Sequence record: LC778249.1
Direction: 5' to 3' (one strand)
Length of the DNA: 64,000 nt
The notes under the pieces were generated by a model that saw only the letters and a program-made list of their open reading frames with translations, was not told the origin of the DNA and searched no databases. How positions within the stretch are numbered: position 1 is the first letter of the stretch; each line of letters begins with the position of its first letter. Made by a program: the position numbers and the translations under genes. Shown here one piece after another: positions 26,838-36,904 of the stretch.

Positions 26838-28070
26838 ATGGCAAAAGGCATTAAAACTGGTAGCAAAAGTAATCTGAGTGGTTTGATTGGCAAACTCACT
26901 AGCGCATCTTCTAACGGCATGAGTTCCGTTCTGGTAGATAGTAAATTCTTCAACGACAAAGACAGTATTAGAACTCGCGTACCGTTGCTTAACTTGGCAA
27001 TGAGTGGCGAACTTGATGGTGGTTTGGCTCCTGGTCTGACTGTTCTGGCTGGTCCGTCTAAGCACTTTAAATCTAACCTGTCTCTGGTATTCGTTGCTGC
27101 TTATATGCGCAAATATCCCGATGCCGTTTGTCTATTCTTTGACAACGAATTCGGTTCTACTCCTGGTTATTTCCAGTCACAAGGCGTTGACATTTCTCGC
27201 GTAATTCATTGTCCGTTCAAAAACATTGAAGAACTCAAGTTCGACATTGTTAAGAAACTGGAAGCAATTGAGCGCGGCGAGCGTGTGATCGTTTTCGTTG
27301 ACTCTATCGGTAACGCTGCTTCTAAGAAAGAAGTGGACGACGCTATCGACGAAAAATCCGTTAGCGATATGACCCGCGCAAAACAAATCAAGTCTCTGAC
27401 CCGAATCATGACTCCGTATTTGACATTCTTGGACATTCCGGCGATCATGGTTGCTCATACCTATGACACCCAAGAAATGTATTCCAAGAAAGTCGTTTCT
27501 GGTGGTACTGGTATCACTTACTCTGCCGACACCGTAATCATTATCGGTCGTCAACAAGAGAAAGACGGTAAAGAACTGCTTGGTTATAACTTCATCTTGA
27601 ACATGGAAAAGTCTCGTTTCGTTCGCGAACAATCCAAGCTGCCGCTTGAGGTGACTTTCCAAGGTGGTATTAACACTTACTCCGGTATGCTTGACATTGC
27701 GCTCGATGTCGGATTCGTCGTTAAACCGTCTAACGGTTGGTTCAGTCGTGCTTTCCTCGACGAGGAAACCGGTGAGTTGATTGAGGAAGATCGCAAGTGG
27801 CGTCGTGCTGATACAAGTTGCTTGGAATTCTGGAAGCCGCTGTTCAGTCATGAGCCATTCAAACGCGCTTGTTCCGATGCATACAAGCTGAAAGCTGTTA
27901 GCGTCAAAGATGAAGTGTTTGATGAAGTTGATGATCTGTTTAACGGGGAATCTGATTTGCCTGTTAATATGGGTCGCAAGATGGAAGACAAACAAGAAGA
28001 AATCGATCAACTTGAAGACATCGACGTTAGTTCCGATGATGCCGACGAGCTGTTCGAAAATCTAGATTAA
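26838..28070 (+). CDS. uvsX: RecA-like recombinase
   Basis: AGPSKHFKS, FVDSIGN, SGGTG. Confidence 0.97.
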   Translation: MAKGIKTGSKSNLSGLIGKLTSASSNGMSSVLVDSKFFNDKDSIRTRVPLLNLAMSGELDGGLAPGLTVLAGPSKHFKSNLSLVFVAAYMRKYPDAVCLFFDNEFGSTPGYFQSQGVDISRVIHCPFKNIEELKFDIVKKLEAIERGERVIVFVDSIGNAASKKEVDDAIDEKSVSDMTRAKQIKSLTRIMTPYLTFLDIPAIMVAHTYDTQEMYSKKVVSGGTGITYSADTVIIIGRQQEKDGKELLGYNFILNMEKSRFVREQSKLPLEVTFQGGINTYSGMLDIALDVGFVVKPSNGWFSRAFLDEETGELIEEDRKWRRADTSCLEFWKPLFSHEPFKRACSDAYKLKAVSVKDEVFDEVDDLFNGESDLPVNMGRKMEDKQEEIDQLEDIDVSSDDADELFENLD

Positions 28071-28092
28071 AAAGAGGGCTTCGGCCCTCTTT
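28071..28092 (+). terminator. Terminator
   Basis: AAAGAGGGC-ttcg-GCCCTCTTT. Confidence 0.8.
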
Positions 28093-28144
28093 ACTTTTAT
28101 GTTGGACTCTGATAATCTATTCCTATCTAATCAAGGAGAGATTT

Positions 28145-28888
28145 ATGAAAATCGATCTGCACAAAGAATACAACATCGATCTGGCCAATGGCACGTTCAA
28201 ACGTGCTAAGTTGATCGACGTGATCGAAAACTGGGAAACGTATCATCTTAAACGATTCGGTACTTTTCTGCACATCGGAACTTATGGCAAGTATCGCCAT
28301 GAGATCAAAGAAGGCATCGAGAAAAACGGATTTTACGTTCATAACGGATATCGTCTGACATACATCGCGAACAAAAAGACTAAAGACAGTTGGGGTTGGT
28401 TTGATCTGTTTGTTGGATTTGCTACCTGTGCTGGCATCATTACCGACGATGGTGGTCGAGTTATTGATCCCAATATGGCAATGCAAGTCTATCATAAGCA
28501 GGCCAAACGCAAGGCACCGAGCTGTATGAGCTGGAACGCACGTGATCGTGGGTCTCGTAAGAGCGTGTACGGCTATCGCAAGCCACGCGGTGCAATTCGA
28601 ATTGCACAACGCTTTATGGAAAGTCAGCGTCGCCAAGATCTGGAAGTCAATGAATATGAATGGGATTTGTATCGCGAAGAGTGGTACGAAGGCAACTATG
28701 AAGCTGGACCCGGAAACTGGTACGACATTCCTGAGCCGCCGATTCGTCGTAGTTCTATCATTGATTCGTATGAGATTACCGAAGCTTGGTGGGATCGAGC
28801 TGATCGAGCCGTTCAGAAAAGTTGGAAATGGCAAAGTAAACGGAGACGTCAATGGAAGCCAAAGAGCGAAATTACAGAGACGTACTAG
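28145..28888 (+). CDS. Hypothetical protein, 247 aa, basic Trp-rich C-terminus
   Basis: AAGGAG SD; KSWKWQSKRRRQWK. Confidence 0.85.
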   Translation: MKIDLHKEYNIDLANGTFKRAKLIDVIENWETYHLKRFGTFLHIGTYGKYRHEIKEGIEKNGFYVHNGYRLTYIANKKTKDSWGWFDLFVGFATCAGIITDDGGRVIDPNMAMQVYHKQAKRKAPSCMSWNARDRGSRKSVYGYRKPRGAIRIAQRFMESQRRQDLEVNEYEWDLYREEWYEGNYEAGPGNWYDIPEPPIRRSSIIDSYEITEAWWDRADRAVQKSWKWQSKRRRQWKPKSEITETY

Positions 28889-29169
28889 ACGAAGCATTAA
28901 AAGATATCAAACAAGAGCTTGTTATTCTAGTTGACGGCAAGCCCTTCATCGCGTATATTCACGATGTAAGTTTTGTTAACGGACAAGTTTATATGGACTG
29001 GTCCACTCCCCATACTGAGAAAGAGATTATGAAAGATGAATTATTCAAACACGTTAAAGCCGCTTTACAAGCGCAAATCACAGAAGGCAATGAATGTCAA
29101 TCGAACAATCTATTCTCACGAATCTCCTCGTTTCTGAGGAATACTTTCGGCAAGTCTTCCCGTTCATAA
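28852..29169 (+). CDS. 40: Head vertex assembly chaperone
   Basis: IKQELVILVDG..YIHDVSFVNGQVYMD; precedes 41. Confidence 0.8.
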   Translation: MEAKERNYRDVLDEALKDIKQELVILVDGKPFIAYIHDVSFVNGQVYMDWSTPHTEKEIMKDELFKHVKAALQAQITEGNECQSNNLFSRISSFLRNTFGKSSRS

Positions 29170-30548
29170 AGCGGGAGTATTTTCCGAGAGGACCAATTCG
29201 TTTAATCTTCGAACTGATTCAAAAGCATTATACTGAGTATAAGACAATCCCAACTCACAACGCGCTGGCAATCGCGCTGGAGAAGCGTACAGGGATTTCT
29301 CAGGTTGAGTTTGATGAAGCCTATTCTGGTATCGGCGAACTTGTTGGTGTACCGGAAGATCTCGGTTGGCTGCTTGCTGAAACCGAGAAGTATTGCCAGG
29401 AACGAGCGATGCATAATGCATTGTCCGAAGCAATCTTGATTCAAGAAAATCACGCGAAGCCGCTGGACGAACGAGACCGCAAGATCAAGGACATCGGCGC
29501 TATTCCTGACTTGATGAAAAACGCGCTTGCTGTTGCATTTAACTTGGCAATCGGTCACGATTACTTTGATGATGTTGAATCGCGTTTTCAGTCATACAAG
29601 ACGAAAGCGAAAAAGATTCCGTTCATTACCAAGATTCTGAACACTATCACAAAGGGCGGTGTAGAGCGTCGAACGCTGAACATCATTCTGGCAGGTGTTA
29701 ACGTCGGTAAATCGCTGGGTCTGTGTCATTTGGCATGTGAGTACCTGTTACAGGGTTACAACGTGCTGTATGTGTCTATGGAAATGGGCGAAGAAGTATG
29801 CGGTAAGCGTATCGATGCTAACTTGCTGGATGTCACACTGGACGATATCGACGATGGTCTTATCTCTGAGTCCGATTTTATGCGTCGATTCGCTGGACTC
29901 AAGCAGAAGAACTGTGGCAAGCTCGTTGTTAAACAGTTCCCTACCGGTGCTGCGAACTGCAACCACTTAGACAATTTGATGTCTGATTTGCAGATCAAGA
30001 AGGGTTTCAAGCCTGACATCGTGATTGTTGACTATCTTGGGATCATGGCGTCTAAGCGAATGACTGCATATTCCGAGAACAGTTACACAATGGTGAAAGC
30101 GATTGCCGAAGAACTTCGCGGCTTTGCTATCGAGCATGATGTGGTTGTTTGGTCTGCGGCACAGACTACTCGTGGTGGCTGGGATAGTTCCGATATCAAT
30201 ATGTCGGATGTTGCTGAGTCTGCTGGTCTTCCCGCGACATGTGACTTTATGTTGGCAGCGATGGAAACCGAAGAGTTGGCAGAAATCAATCAACAACTCT
30301 TTAAACAAATCAAATCGCGTTATGGTGACAAAAACAAGTTTACCAGATTTAACCTATGTGTTAATAAAGGTAAGCAGCGTTGGACAGAACCAGAGGGCAA
30401 CTTTGGTGGTAATCTGAATGATGCAAGCTCGCGTATGAACGAAGCGCACAAGGAGAACGTGGCGAAAGCCAAAGACTTGAGCACACGTAACAAGATGGAC
30501 AAGCTTGCAGACTCTACGATTGATGATGCGGTCGATTGGGGGATCTAA
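29094..30548 (+). CDS. 41: Replicative DNA helicase
   Basis: AGVNVGKS, SMEM, VDYLG, AAQTTR, KSRYGD. Confidence 0.97.
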   Translation: MSIEQSILTNLLVSEEYFRQVFPFIKREYFPRGPIRLIFELIQKHYTEYKTIPTHNALAIALEKRTGISQVEFDEAYSGIGELVGVPEDLGWLLAETEKYCQERAMHNALSEAILIQENHAKPLDERDRKIKDIGAIPDLMKNALAVAFNLAIGHDYFDDVESRFQSYKTKAKKIPFITKILNTITKGGVERRTLNIILAGVNVGKSLGLCHLACEYLLQGYNVLYVSMEMGEEVCGKRIDANLLDVTLDDIDDGLISESDFMRRFAGLKQKNCGKLVVKQFPTGAANCNHLDNLMSDLQIKKGFKPDIVIVDYLGIMASKRMTAYSENSYTMVKAIAEELRGFAIEHDVVVWSAAQTTRGGWDSSDINMSDVAESAGLPATCDFMLAAMETEELAEINQQLFKQIKSRYGDKNKFTRFNLCVNKGKQRWTEPEGNFGGNLNDASSRMNEAHKENVAKAKDLSTRNKMDKLADSTIDDAVDWGI

Positions 30549-30553
30549 TCCCC

Positions 30554-30560
30554 CTAAATA
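30554..30560 (+). promoter_or_regulatory. Late promoter
   Basis: CTAAATA before GGAGGT SD of 61.1. Confidence 0.55.
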
Positions 30561-30580
30561 ATTTGTTTAGGAGGTGTTAA

Positions 30581-31051
30581 ATGAGTGCAAAAACAGTTAT
30601 GGATGCTGTGTATGCCTATCGCCTTGCTACACTGCTTGGGAAATCATTTCGCAAGTGGGAAGCATTCAAGCTAGGCATTATCGATGATCAAGGCAACGTG
30701 ATTCGTCGCCCCGAAACCCCAAAAGAAAAGTCGCATTATACCAAATTCCATAGTATGGTAAGAAGTTTGAAGCAGACTATTCAGAAATTCAGTGGTGGAT
30801 TCGGTACATCAGCTCTGGCAGTTAAGATGGGATGGAACGCGATCATCAGTGAATATGGTGAACCGGACATGAGTCGTATGCCGTTGACGGAGTGCGAAGA
30901 GTCTAGCGATCTGCATACTTTGATCGAAATGATTTCTGGCGACTCTGGCGGGGATGCAACTGCGATTTCCAGCGGCGAGAAAAGTGGTAGCGTAACATCG
31001 AAAGGTCCATCGAATATGGGCAAGAAAAAAGTTGAAAAGAAAGAATACTAA
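30581..31051 (+). CDS. 61.1: gp61.1-like conserved protein
   Basis: DAVYAYRL..W.AFKLGIID..GNV.R.PET. Confidence 0.8.
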   Translation: MSAKTVMDAVYAYRLATLLGKSFRKWEAFKLGIIDDQGNVIRRPETPKEKSHYTKFHSMVRSLKQTIQKFSGGFGTSALAVKMGWNAIISEYGEPDMSRMPLTECEESSDLHTLIEMISGDSGGDATAISSGEKSGSVTSKGPSNMGKKKVEKKEY

Positions 31052-31095
31052 TGATATCATGCCCTCATAAGAGGGCATTTTTATTTGGAGAGTTT

Positions 31096-32127
31096 ATGCT
31101 TTACATTCAACGACAAATGGCGCATCAAATAGCGTTTGTGTTGCCGATGTTTTCGGATCACAGCCGTGCGCATGAAATCAAGTATAACTTCCGTTGTCAC
31201 ATTTGTGGCGACTCACAAAAAGACAAATACAAGTCTCGCGGATGGTTTTACGAACGCGACGGACAAGTTTTCTATGGCTGCTTCAACTGCGGCAAACAGC
31301 TTCCGTTTTCACTCTATCTCCAGTTGTATCATGAAGAACTATACCGCGAGTATATCAAAGAGAAGTACAAAGACAGCAAGCCAAAACGGTCAGAAGTCAA
31401 GCTAGATCTCGGTGCAAAACTTGAGAAAAAAGAGCAAAAAGTTGTTTCCGAACTGCCGTTTTGTGTTAGACTATCTGAACTGCCAGAAGCGCATCCAGTT
31501 GTAAAATACATGCTTCATCGCTGTATCCCGAAAGAGAACTTGAAACTGTTCTATTTCACAGACAACTGGAAAGGTCTGAGCAATCACATAAAACCCGATA
31601 CTTACAAGCATATCGAGAAAGAATACCGATTGGTAATTCCCATCTATAATGCTGACGGCACGGTGAGCTGTATTCAAGGTCGAGCATTGGGAAACGTTGA
31701 CAAAAATCAGCGTTATCTGACTGTGAAGCCGTCCGACGATGCGAACAAAGTTTATGGACTTGAGCGCGTTGACGGAACAAAGACTGTCTGGTACTTCGAA
31801 GGTCCAATAGACAGCACATTTATTCCGAACTCTTTGGCAATCGTCGGTGGTTCTATGCACTTGGCAGACGCTCCATTCAAAGGTAAGCGTGTGTGGGTGC
31901 TAGATAATGAGCCGCGAAGCAAAGAGACGGTAGAGCGTCTGGAGAAGCTTATAGACGCTGGTGAAAAGGTGGTCGTGTGGTTAGATTGTCCTTGGAATTC
32001 CAAAGATATCAATGATATGATCAAAGATGAAGGCGCGACTGTTCAACAAATCGAAACGTATCTCAAACAGAATACGGTATCTGGACTTAGTGCTAAACGT
32101 AGACTTTCCGAATGGAGAAAAATTTAA
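31096..32127 (+). CDS. 61: DNA primase
   Basis: RCHICGDS..CFNCG zinc finger, FEGPIDS, LDNE, KDIND. Confidence 0.97.
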   Translation: MLYIQRQMAHQIAFVLPMFSDHSRAHEIKYNFRCHICGDSQKDKYKSRGWFYERDGQVFYGCFNCGKQLPFSLYLQLYHEELYREYIKEKYKDSKPKRSEVKLDLGAKLEKKEQKVVSELPFCVRLSELPEAHPVVKYMLHRCIPKENLKLFYFTDNWKGLSNHIKPDTYKHIEKEYRLVIPIYNADGTVSCIQGRALGNVDKNQRYLTVKPSDDANKVYGLERVDGTKTVWYFEGPIDSTFIPNSLAIVGGSMHLADAPFKGKRVWVLDNEPRSKETVERLEKLIDAGEKVVVWLDCPWNSKDINDMIKDEGATVQQIETYLKQNTVSGLSAKRRLSEWRKI

Positions 32128-32606
32128 TGAGAGATATTCCTGTAATCGTACTGCCACATTACAAGTGGGAACTGCCTGAGTTCAAGTCCAAAGACGCCGC
32201 TGGCGTTGATCTGCGAGCTGCAATTAGCGAAGCTGTTACCCTGAAACCGGGCGAGGACGTTGTTATCCCGAGTGGTCTGAAAATGAACATCGCTGCTCTT
32301 GATCTCGCTCAAGTGTTCCTGGATGTTGGTGTGTATGGCTGCATTTTGCCTCGCTCCGGTCTGGGCTTCAAGCACTATGTCCGACTGGCTAATACTGCTG
32401 GTGTTATCGATGCTGACTATCAAGGCGAGATCATGATCAAGCTGCGCAACGAAGGCACCGGCGATCTTACTATCGAGCCGGGTGACCGTGTTGTTCAAAT
32501 GGTATTCCATCTGTACGTGAAAGGATTCACTTTCAAGCGGGTAGACGAGTTCGAAACCGTTTCTGAACGCGGCGAAGGTGGCCTCGGGAGTTCCGGCGTC
32601 AAATGA
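32127..32606 (+). CDS. dut: Trimeric dUTPase
   Basis: AGVDL, PRSGLG, GVIDADYQGEI, RGEGGLGSSG. Confidence 0.95.
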   Translation: MRDIPVIVLPHYKWELPEFKSKDAAGVDLRAAISEAVTLKPGEDVVIPSGLKMNIAALDLAQVFLDVGVYGCILPRSGLGFKHYVRLANTAGVIDADYQGEIMIKLRNEGTGDLTIEPGDRVVQMVFHLYVKGFTFKRVDEFETVSERGEGGLGSSGVK

Positions 32607-33283
32607 TACAAGTCCCAGAGTATGATGATTATATCATCGACATGGAGACTCTGAGCAACAAAGCGAACGCAACGGCTATTGATTTAGCCGTTATCGTGTA
32701 TCGGGAGGATGTAATGAATCCTCCTAGCTTTAAAGATTTGGTGTCTCGCGGCATAAAAATCAAATTTGACTTGAAATCACAGTCAAATCGTCATAAACTG
32801 AAATCCACAATCGACTGGTGGAAAAATCAATCCCCAGAAGCGAAAAAGAACTTGAAACCGTCTGAACACGATGTTACAATCGAAGACGGAATTCAACAGT
32901 TTTTCGACTTTATCCGCAAGCCGGAGTTCAAAGTTGATTACTGGAAATCGCTGGCATGGTGTCGTGGCAATAGCTTTGACTTTACCATATTCGAGGATAT
33001 GTTGTCTCAGTTCACTGGGAATGACGACACGATCTTTGATCAGCCAGTTAACTTCTCTCGCCAGCGCGATATTCGCACCGCGATTGAACAAAATCTAGGT
33101 ACTAGAATGCAAACAATCTGCCCGTTGCCGAAAGGAACGCTTGACGGATTCGTGAAACATGATAGTATTCATGATGCCGCTAAGGATATATTGATGCTGA
33201 TCTACTCAAAACGCTATGCCTGGGGTTTGCAAGAAATTCCATCCTCCGATGATGTTGATCCGTTATCTATTCTTAGGGGATAG
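32603..33283 (+). CDS. dexA: Exonuclease A
   Basis: IDMET, WCRGNSFD, RDIRT, HDSIHDAAKD. Confidence 0.92.
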   Translation: MIQVPEYDDYIIDMETLSNKANATAIDLAVIVYREDVMNPPSFKDLVSRGIKIKFDLKSQSNRHKLKSTIDWWKNQSPEAKKNLKPSEHDVTIEDGIQQFFDFIRKPEFKVDYWKSLAWCRGNSFDFTIFEDMLSQFTGNDDTIFDQPVNFSRQRDIRTAIEQNLGTRMQTICPLPKGTLDGFVKHDSIHDAAKDILMLIYSKRYAWGLQEIPSSDDVDPLSILRG

Positions 33284-34006
33284 TTTACAATTATCAAAAT
33301 GCCAACGAACAGCACCAGGTCCCTGTTTCATAGTCTTATTACAATGAGGACAAGTGACCGGTGGTAAGTTTAGTTTATATTCAGAAATCTTTCGTTTAGT
33401 TTCATCGGAAATCACCCTGTTGCGACACGATTCGGATATCTTACGCTTAACTTCTTCGGTTCTTGGCTTTTTGTATAACTCTGAATTTGCGATTCTGGAT
33501 TTGGATATTTTCAGTTTAGTTTCTTCACTGAGCTGTTTACCATAATTCGGATTTTCTTCGCCGCACAGTTTGCCAGATCTTCCAGCAGATATATTAGCTT
33601 TGGCTTGTTCACTGTGCGATTTACCAACTCTGGGAGTCCATCCAGCTTTATACTTATCAATCATAGTTTGTCGCATTTTATCCTTAGTCTCGAATGATTT
33701 CATAGGATTATTATTTCTCATATGCGTTGATTGCAAAGCTCTTGCATTCTCAAAGTCTCTAGAGTTATAATACTTATGTGAATTTTTGAATACCATGAGT
33801 TTGAATGCGATTTCAAGCTTATTGTTATCCGGGTAAATCTTGGTTAAGAGTTTGTGTGCTATGTAATGTTGGCGATACGTTAATCTAACGAGATTTACAG
33901 GATCATTTGTTCCTCCCATGCACCGAGGATTTATGTGATGAACTTCAAATTTATCTGATTCTGTGTTGACGGAAGTGAGTTTTTCGTATATCATTTTATA
34001 ATTCAT
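33263..34006 (-). mobile_element. Free-standing HNH homing endonuclease (Mob-like) with NUMOD3 repeats
   Basis: HHINPRCMGG..NLVRLT..HYIAH; four SEETKxKIS-type repeats; C-terminal CPHC. Confidence 0.9.
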
Positions 34007-34041
34007 GTGAAAGACATACTGATCTAGGTTTATGATACATC

Positions 34042-34049
34042 TATTTATA
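34042..34049 (-). promoter_or_regulatory. Late promoter for the HNH gene
   Basis: Perfect TATAAATA on - strand, 35 nt upstream of ATG. Confidence 0.65.
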
Positions 34050-34060
34050 AGAGGCTAAAA

Positions 34061-34237
34061 ATGAATATCAACGAAGCGCGTTATAATGAAATCCTGGCCA
34101 CTGTAGAAGGCGCATTTGAGCGCACTTCGTATGGCTTCGGGGAAATGACTACCGCAATTTACAACAAAGACGGCAAGCAGTTGGCAGTCCGCATCGTGAC
34201 TGACGCTGGCACCGAATACGAAGAAGGCGAAGAGTAA
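34061..34237 (+). CDS. Hypothetical protein, 58 aa (not in track)
   Basis: GAGG SD; MNINEARY..EEGEE*; TAATG coupling to next gene. Confidence 0.8.
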   Translation: MNINEARYNEILATVEGAFERTSYGFGEMTTAIYNKDGKQLAVRIVTDAGTEYEEGEE

Positions 34238-34452
34238 TGGAAGAAAAGATTTATACCGAGTTCGAGCAAAATCAAATCGACACTCTGGACAAAACTGTAT
34301 ACCGTCTGATCGATAGCAGCCGCGAAACTATTTTCCGTGCGATTATGGATCTGAGAGTGCCGAAGGAAATCGACATCGAAACTCGCGTGGATGGTATCAT
34401 CGAGAGCTACAAACGCGCTCGTGGTTTCTACAATCAAGTTAAGGCAAAATAA
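34237..34452 (+). CDS. Hypothetical protein, 71 aa
   Basis: Coupled ORF, phage-like codons. Confidence 0.8.
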   Translation: MEEKIYTEFEQNQIDTLDKTVYRLIDSSRETIFRAIMDLRVPKEIDIETRVDGIIESYKRARGFYNQVKAK

Positions 34453-34946
34453 TGCTCGACACTATTAACGTTGTTCAAGTCGTGGATCGTATGGAATGCG
34501 AACTTGCATTCCAGAAAGCATACGATTGGCACAATCTGACTGATGACCAGCAGTTCATGGTACGTGGTGCTTGTTGGACTACTTGGGTTATGGGATGGAA
34601 TGCAGCTAGACAAGTTCCAAAGCATTCTCTTACCACAGCATTCTGTGATGTTCTGCGAAATAGTCTGATTGCCAAAGAGCGTACGGTTCATGAAGTGCTC
34701 GGTAAATGCACCGAAGAACTGGGCGAAATGTCTACGGTGATCAACAAGCCGAAGAAACAACATCCTGAACCGCTCCATGCAGAGTTCGCAGATCTGATCA
34801 TTGCTGGCCTCGATGTCGTTTATATGCATCTTGTTCAGCAAAAAGGCATGCCTGCCAACGAAACTACGGCTAGAACAGTGATTAATCTGGTAAGCCAGTC
34901 TATCGTTGAAAAGAACGAAAAGTGGCACAAACAGATCGTTAGTTAG
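34452..34946 (+). CDS. MazG-like NTP pyrophosphohydrolase domain protein
   Basis: KCTEELGE....EFAD motif. Confidence 0.7.
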   Translation: MLDTINVVQVVDRMECELAFQKAYDWHNLTDDQQFMVRGACWTTWVMGWNAARQVPKHSLTTAFCDVLRNSLIAKERTVHEVLGKCTEELGEMSTVINKPKKQHPEPLHAEFADLIIAGLDVVYMHLVQQKGMPANETTARTVINLVSQSIVEKNEKWHKQIVS

Positions 34947-34995
34947 TTTATAGTAAGTCGTTTTTGTGTATAATGGGGAGTCTAAACCGCTCCCC
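34947..34995 (+). promoter_or_regulatory. Topoisomerase promoter with leader hairpin
   Basis: TTTATA-16-TATAAT; ATGGGGAG/CTCCCCAT. Confidence 0.6.
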
Positions 34996-35010
34996 ATAGA
35001 AAGAGGTAAT

Positions 35011-36855
35011 ATGTCCCAAGAGTTTAAAGTTTTATCCGACAAAGAACACTGCCTTATTAACACAGATATGTATATCGGTTCGGTATCGACGGAAACCCAC
35101 GATGTACTAATCGATGGTAAGTTTCAACAAATCGCGTATGTTCCTGGTCTGGTAAAAATCACCGACGAAGTTATCGATAACTGCGTGGATGAAGCGATTC
35201 GTACCAATTTCGAACATGCAAACGTGATTGAAATCACTGTTGCCGATAATAAAGTGTCGGTGAAAGATAACGGTCGTGGTCTGCCACAAGGAACGGTAGT
35301 CACACCCGAGGGGTTAGAAGTTCCATTGCCACTAGCTGCGTGGACTCGCGCTCGTGCCGGCTCAAACTTCTCCACAGATCGAAAGACAATCGGTAAAAAC
35401 GGTGTCGGCTCTGCGCTGACTAACTTCTTCTCCGATAGCTTTATTGGCGAAACTGGTAATGGCGAAACTGTTGTTACTGTAAGTTGCACAAACAACGCGG
35501 ATGAAGTAAGCTATTCCGTGAAGAAAGGTAAGTTCAAGGGCACGGTTGTTACCTTCGTCCCAGACTTCACCAGATTCGGCGTATTCAATCTTGATGAAGA
35601 CTTTGAGCAAGTGATCAAGTCGCGTCTAATCACGCTGGCAGTGAACTTCCCACAAGTTACATTCAAGTATAACGGCAAGAAAGTTGATAGCAAATTCCAG
35701 AAGTTTGCGGCACAATTCGGCGATGTTGTTTGTCACAATGATGACAATGTTAGTGTGTTCTTTGGCACATCGGAAGAATACAGACAACTGAGTTTTGTTA
35801 ACGGTGTTCATACTAAGCAAGGCGGCAATCACGTTTATGGTGTGCTTGATAGTCTGAGCGAAGAACTGATCCCGATGATCAAGCGTCAGCACAAGATCGA
35901 AATTAACAAAGCTCGAATCAAAGAATGCTTGATTATTGGCTTGTTTATTCGTAATCTGGTAGCGCCGAAGTATGATGGTCAGACAAAAGAGCGGTTAAGC
36001 TCCCCGTGGGCACAGATTCGCGATCACATGAACTTGGATTACAAGGGATTGGCTCGCAAAATTCTGAAAACACCGGAAGTTATTGATCCGATTATCGCGT
36101 CTGCACTTGCGAAGAAAGAAGCTGCCGATAAAGCAGCAGCTACCAAAGCACAGAAGAAAGCGAAAGCTGCCAACGTTGCCAAGCACGTTAAAGCGTCTGG
36201 ACTGGGTCGAACTAAGACAACTTTGTTCCTGGCAGAAGGTGATTCAGCTATTGGTCCGTTCATTCGATTCCGTAATGAAGAATCGCAGGGTGGATATCCT
36301 TTGCGCGGTAAGATGCTGAACGTCTGGAATCTTGCGGATCATGAAGTGTTGAAGAATAAGGAGATCTCTGATCTGCTTGGTATCCTCAACGTTGACCTGC
36401 GGTCGAAAGAAGCTCCGGCTTATACAAACATCGCAATCATGACCGACGCGGACCAAGACGGTAAGGGTTCAATCGCTATGCTGGCTATTGCATTCTTCTA
36501 CAAGTATTGGCCACATTGGTTCGAGCAAGGTCGTATTCATATCGTTAGGACACCTGAGTATATCAGTACCAACGGTAAGAAAACTGATTGGAGCTATTCA
36601 CGCGAAGAGTTCCGGTCTAAGAAATTCGATAGCAAGTGGACACATCGACACATTAAGGGTCTTGGCACACTGACTACCGAAGGTAAAAACTGCGAATACA
36701 AGCAGTGTATCGAAAATCTTGTGTTGGAACAGATCGTTATCGACGAAGACACTCCCGCTATGCTGGAAATGTTGTTTGGTGATGATGAAAGCAAGCGTAA
36801 AACATGGCTTGGTTTCGGTGAAGATTTTGATGCGGAAGTTGAGGAGGAGGGTTGA
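35011..36855 (+). CDS. 39: DNA topoisomerase II large subunit (fused 39+60)
   Basis: EVIDN, GKNGVGS, AEGDSA, TDADQD, HIKGLG. Confidence 0.96.
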   Translation: MSQEFKVLSDKEHCLINTDMYIGSVSTETHDVLIDGKFQQIAYVPGLVKITDEVIDNCVDEAIRTNFEHANVIEITVADNKVSVKDNGRGLPQGTVVTPEGLEVPLPLAAWTRARAGSNFSTDRKTIGKNGVGSALTNFFSDSFIGETGNGETVVTVSCTNNADEVSYSVKKGKFKGTVVTFVPDFTRFGVFNLDEDFEQVIKSRLITLAVNFPQVTFKYNGKKVDSKFQKFAAQFGDVVCHNDDNVSVFFGTSEEYRQLSFVNGVHTKQGGNHVYGVLDSLSEELIPMIKRQHKIEINKARIKECLIIGLFIRNLVAPKYDGQTKERLSSPWAQIRDHMNLDYKGLARKILKTPEVIDPIIASALAKKEAADKAAATKAQKKAKAANVAKHVKASGLGRTKTTLFLAEGDSAIGPFIRFRNEESQGGYPLRGKMLNVWNLADHEVLKNKEISDLLGILNVDLRSKEAPAYTNIAIMTDADQDGKGSIAMLAIAFFYKYWPHWFEQGRIHIVRTPEYISTNGKKTDWSYSREEFRSKKFDSKWTHRHIKGLGTLTTEGKNCEYKQCIENLVLEQIVIDEDTPAMLEMLFGDDESKRKTWLGFGEDFDAEVEEEG

Positions 36856-36880
36856 CACCCTCCTTTTTAAAGCGTATATT
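36852..36880 (+). promoter_or_regulatory. Early promoter
   Basis: TTGACA-17-TATATT, -35 inside AGGAGGG/CCCTCCT hairpin. Confidence 0.6.
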
Positions 36881-36904
36881 GTATGCTTTACAAAGGAGAG
36901 AAAT

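Noticed and set aside
26824-26842. Shared AAACTGTAAAATGGC at the uvsX and rIIB starts as a RegA-type operator
   Set aside because: Only two instances, and TAAAATG is common at starts here; not enough support.
35011-36855. T4-style split 39/60 with translational bypass
   Set aside because: Single uninterrupted 614-aa ORF containing both parts.
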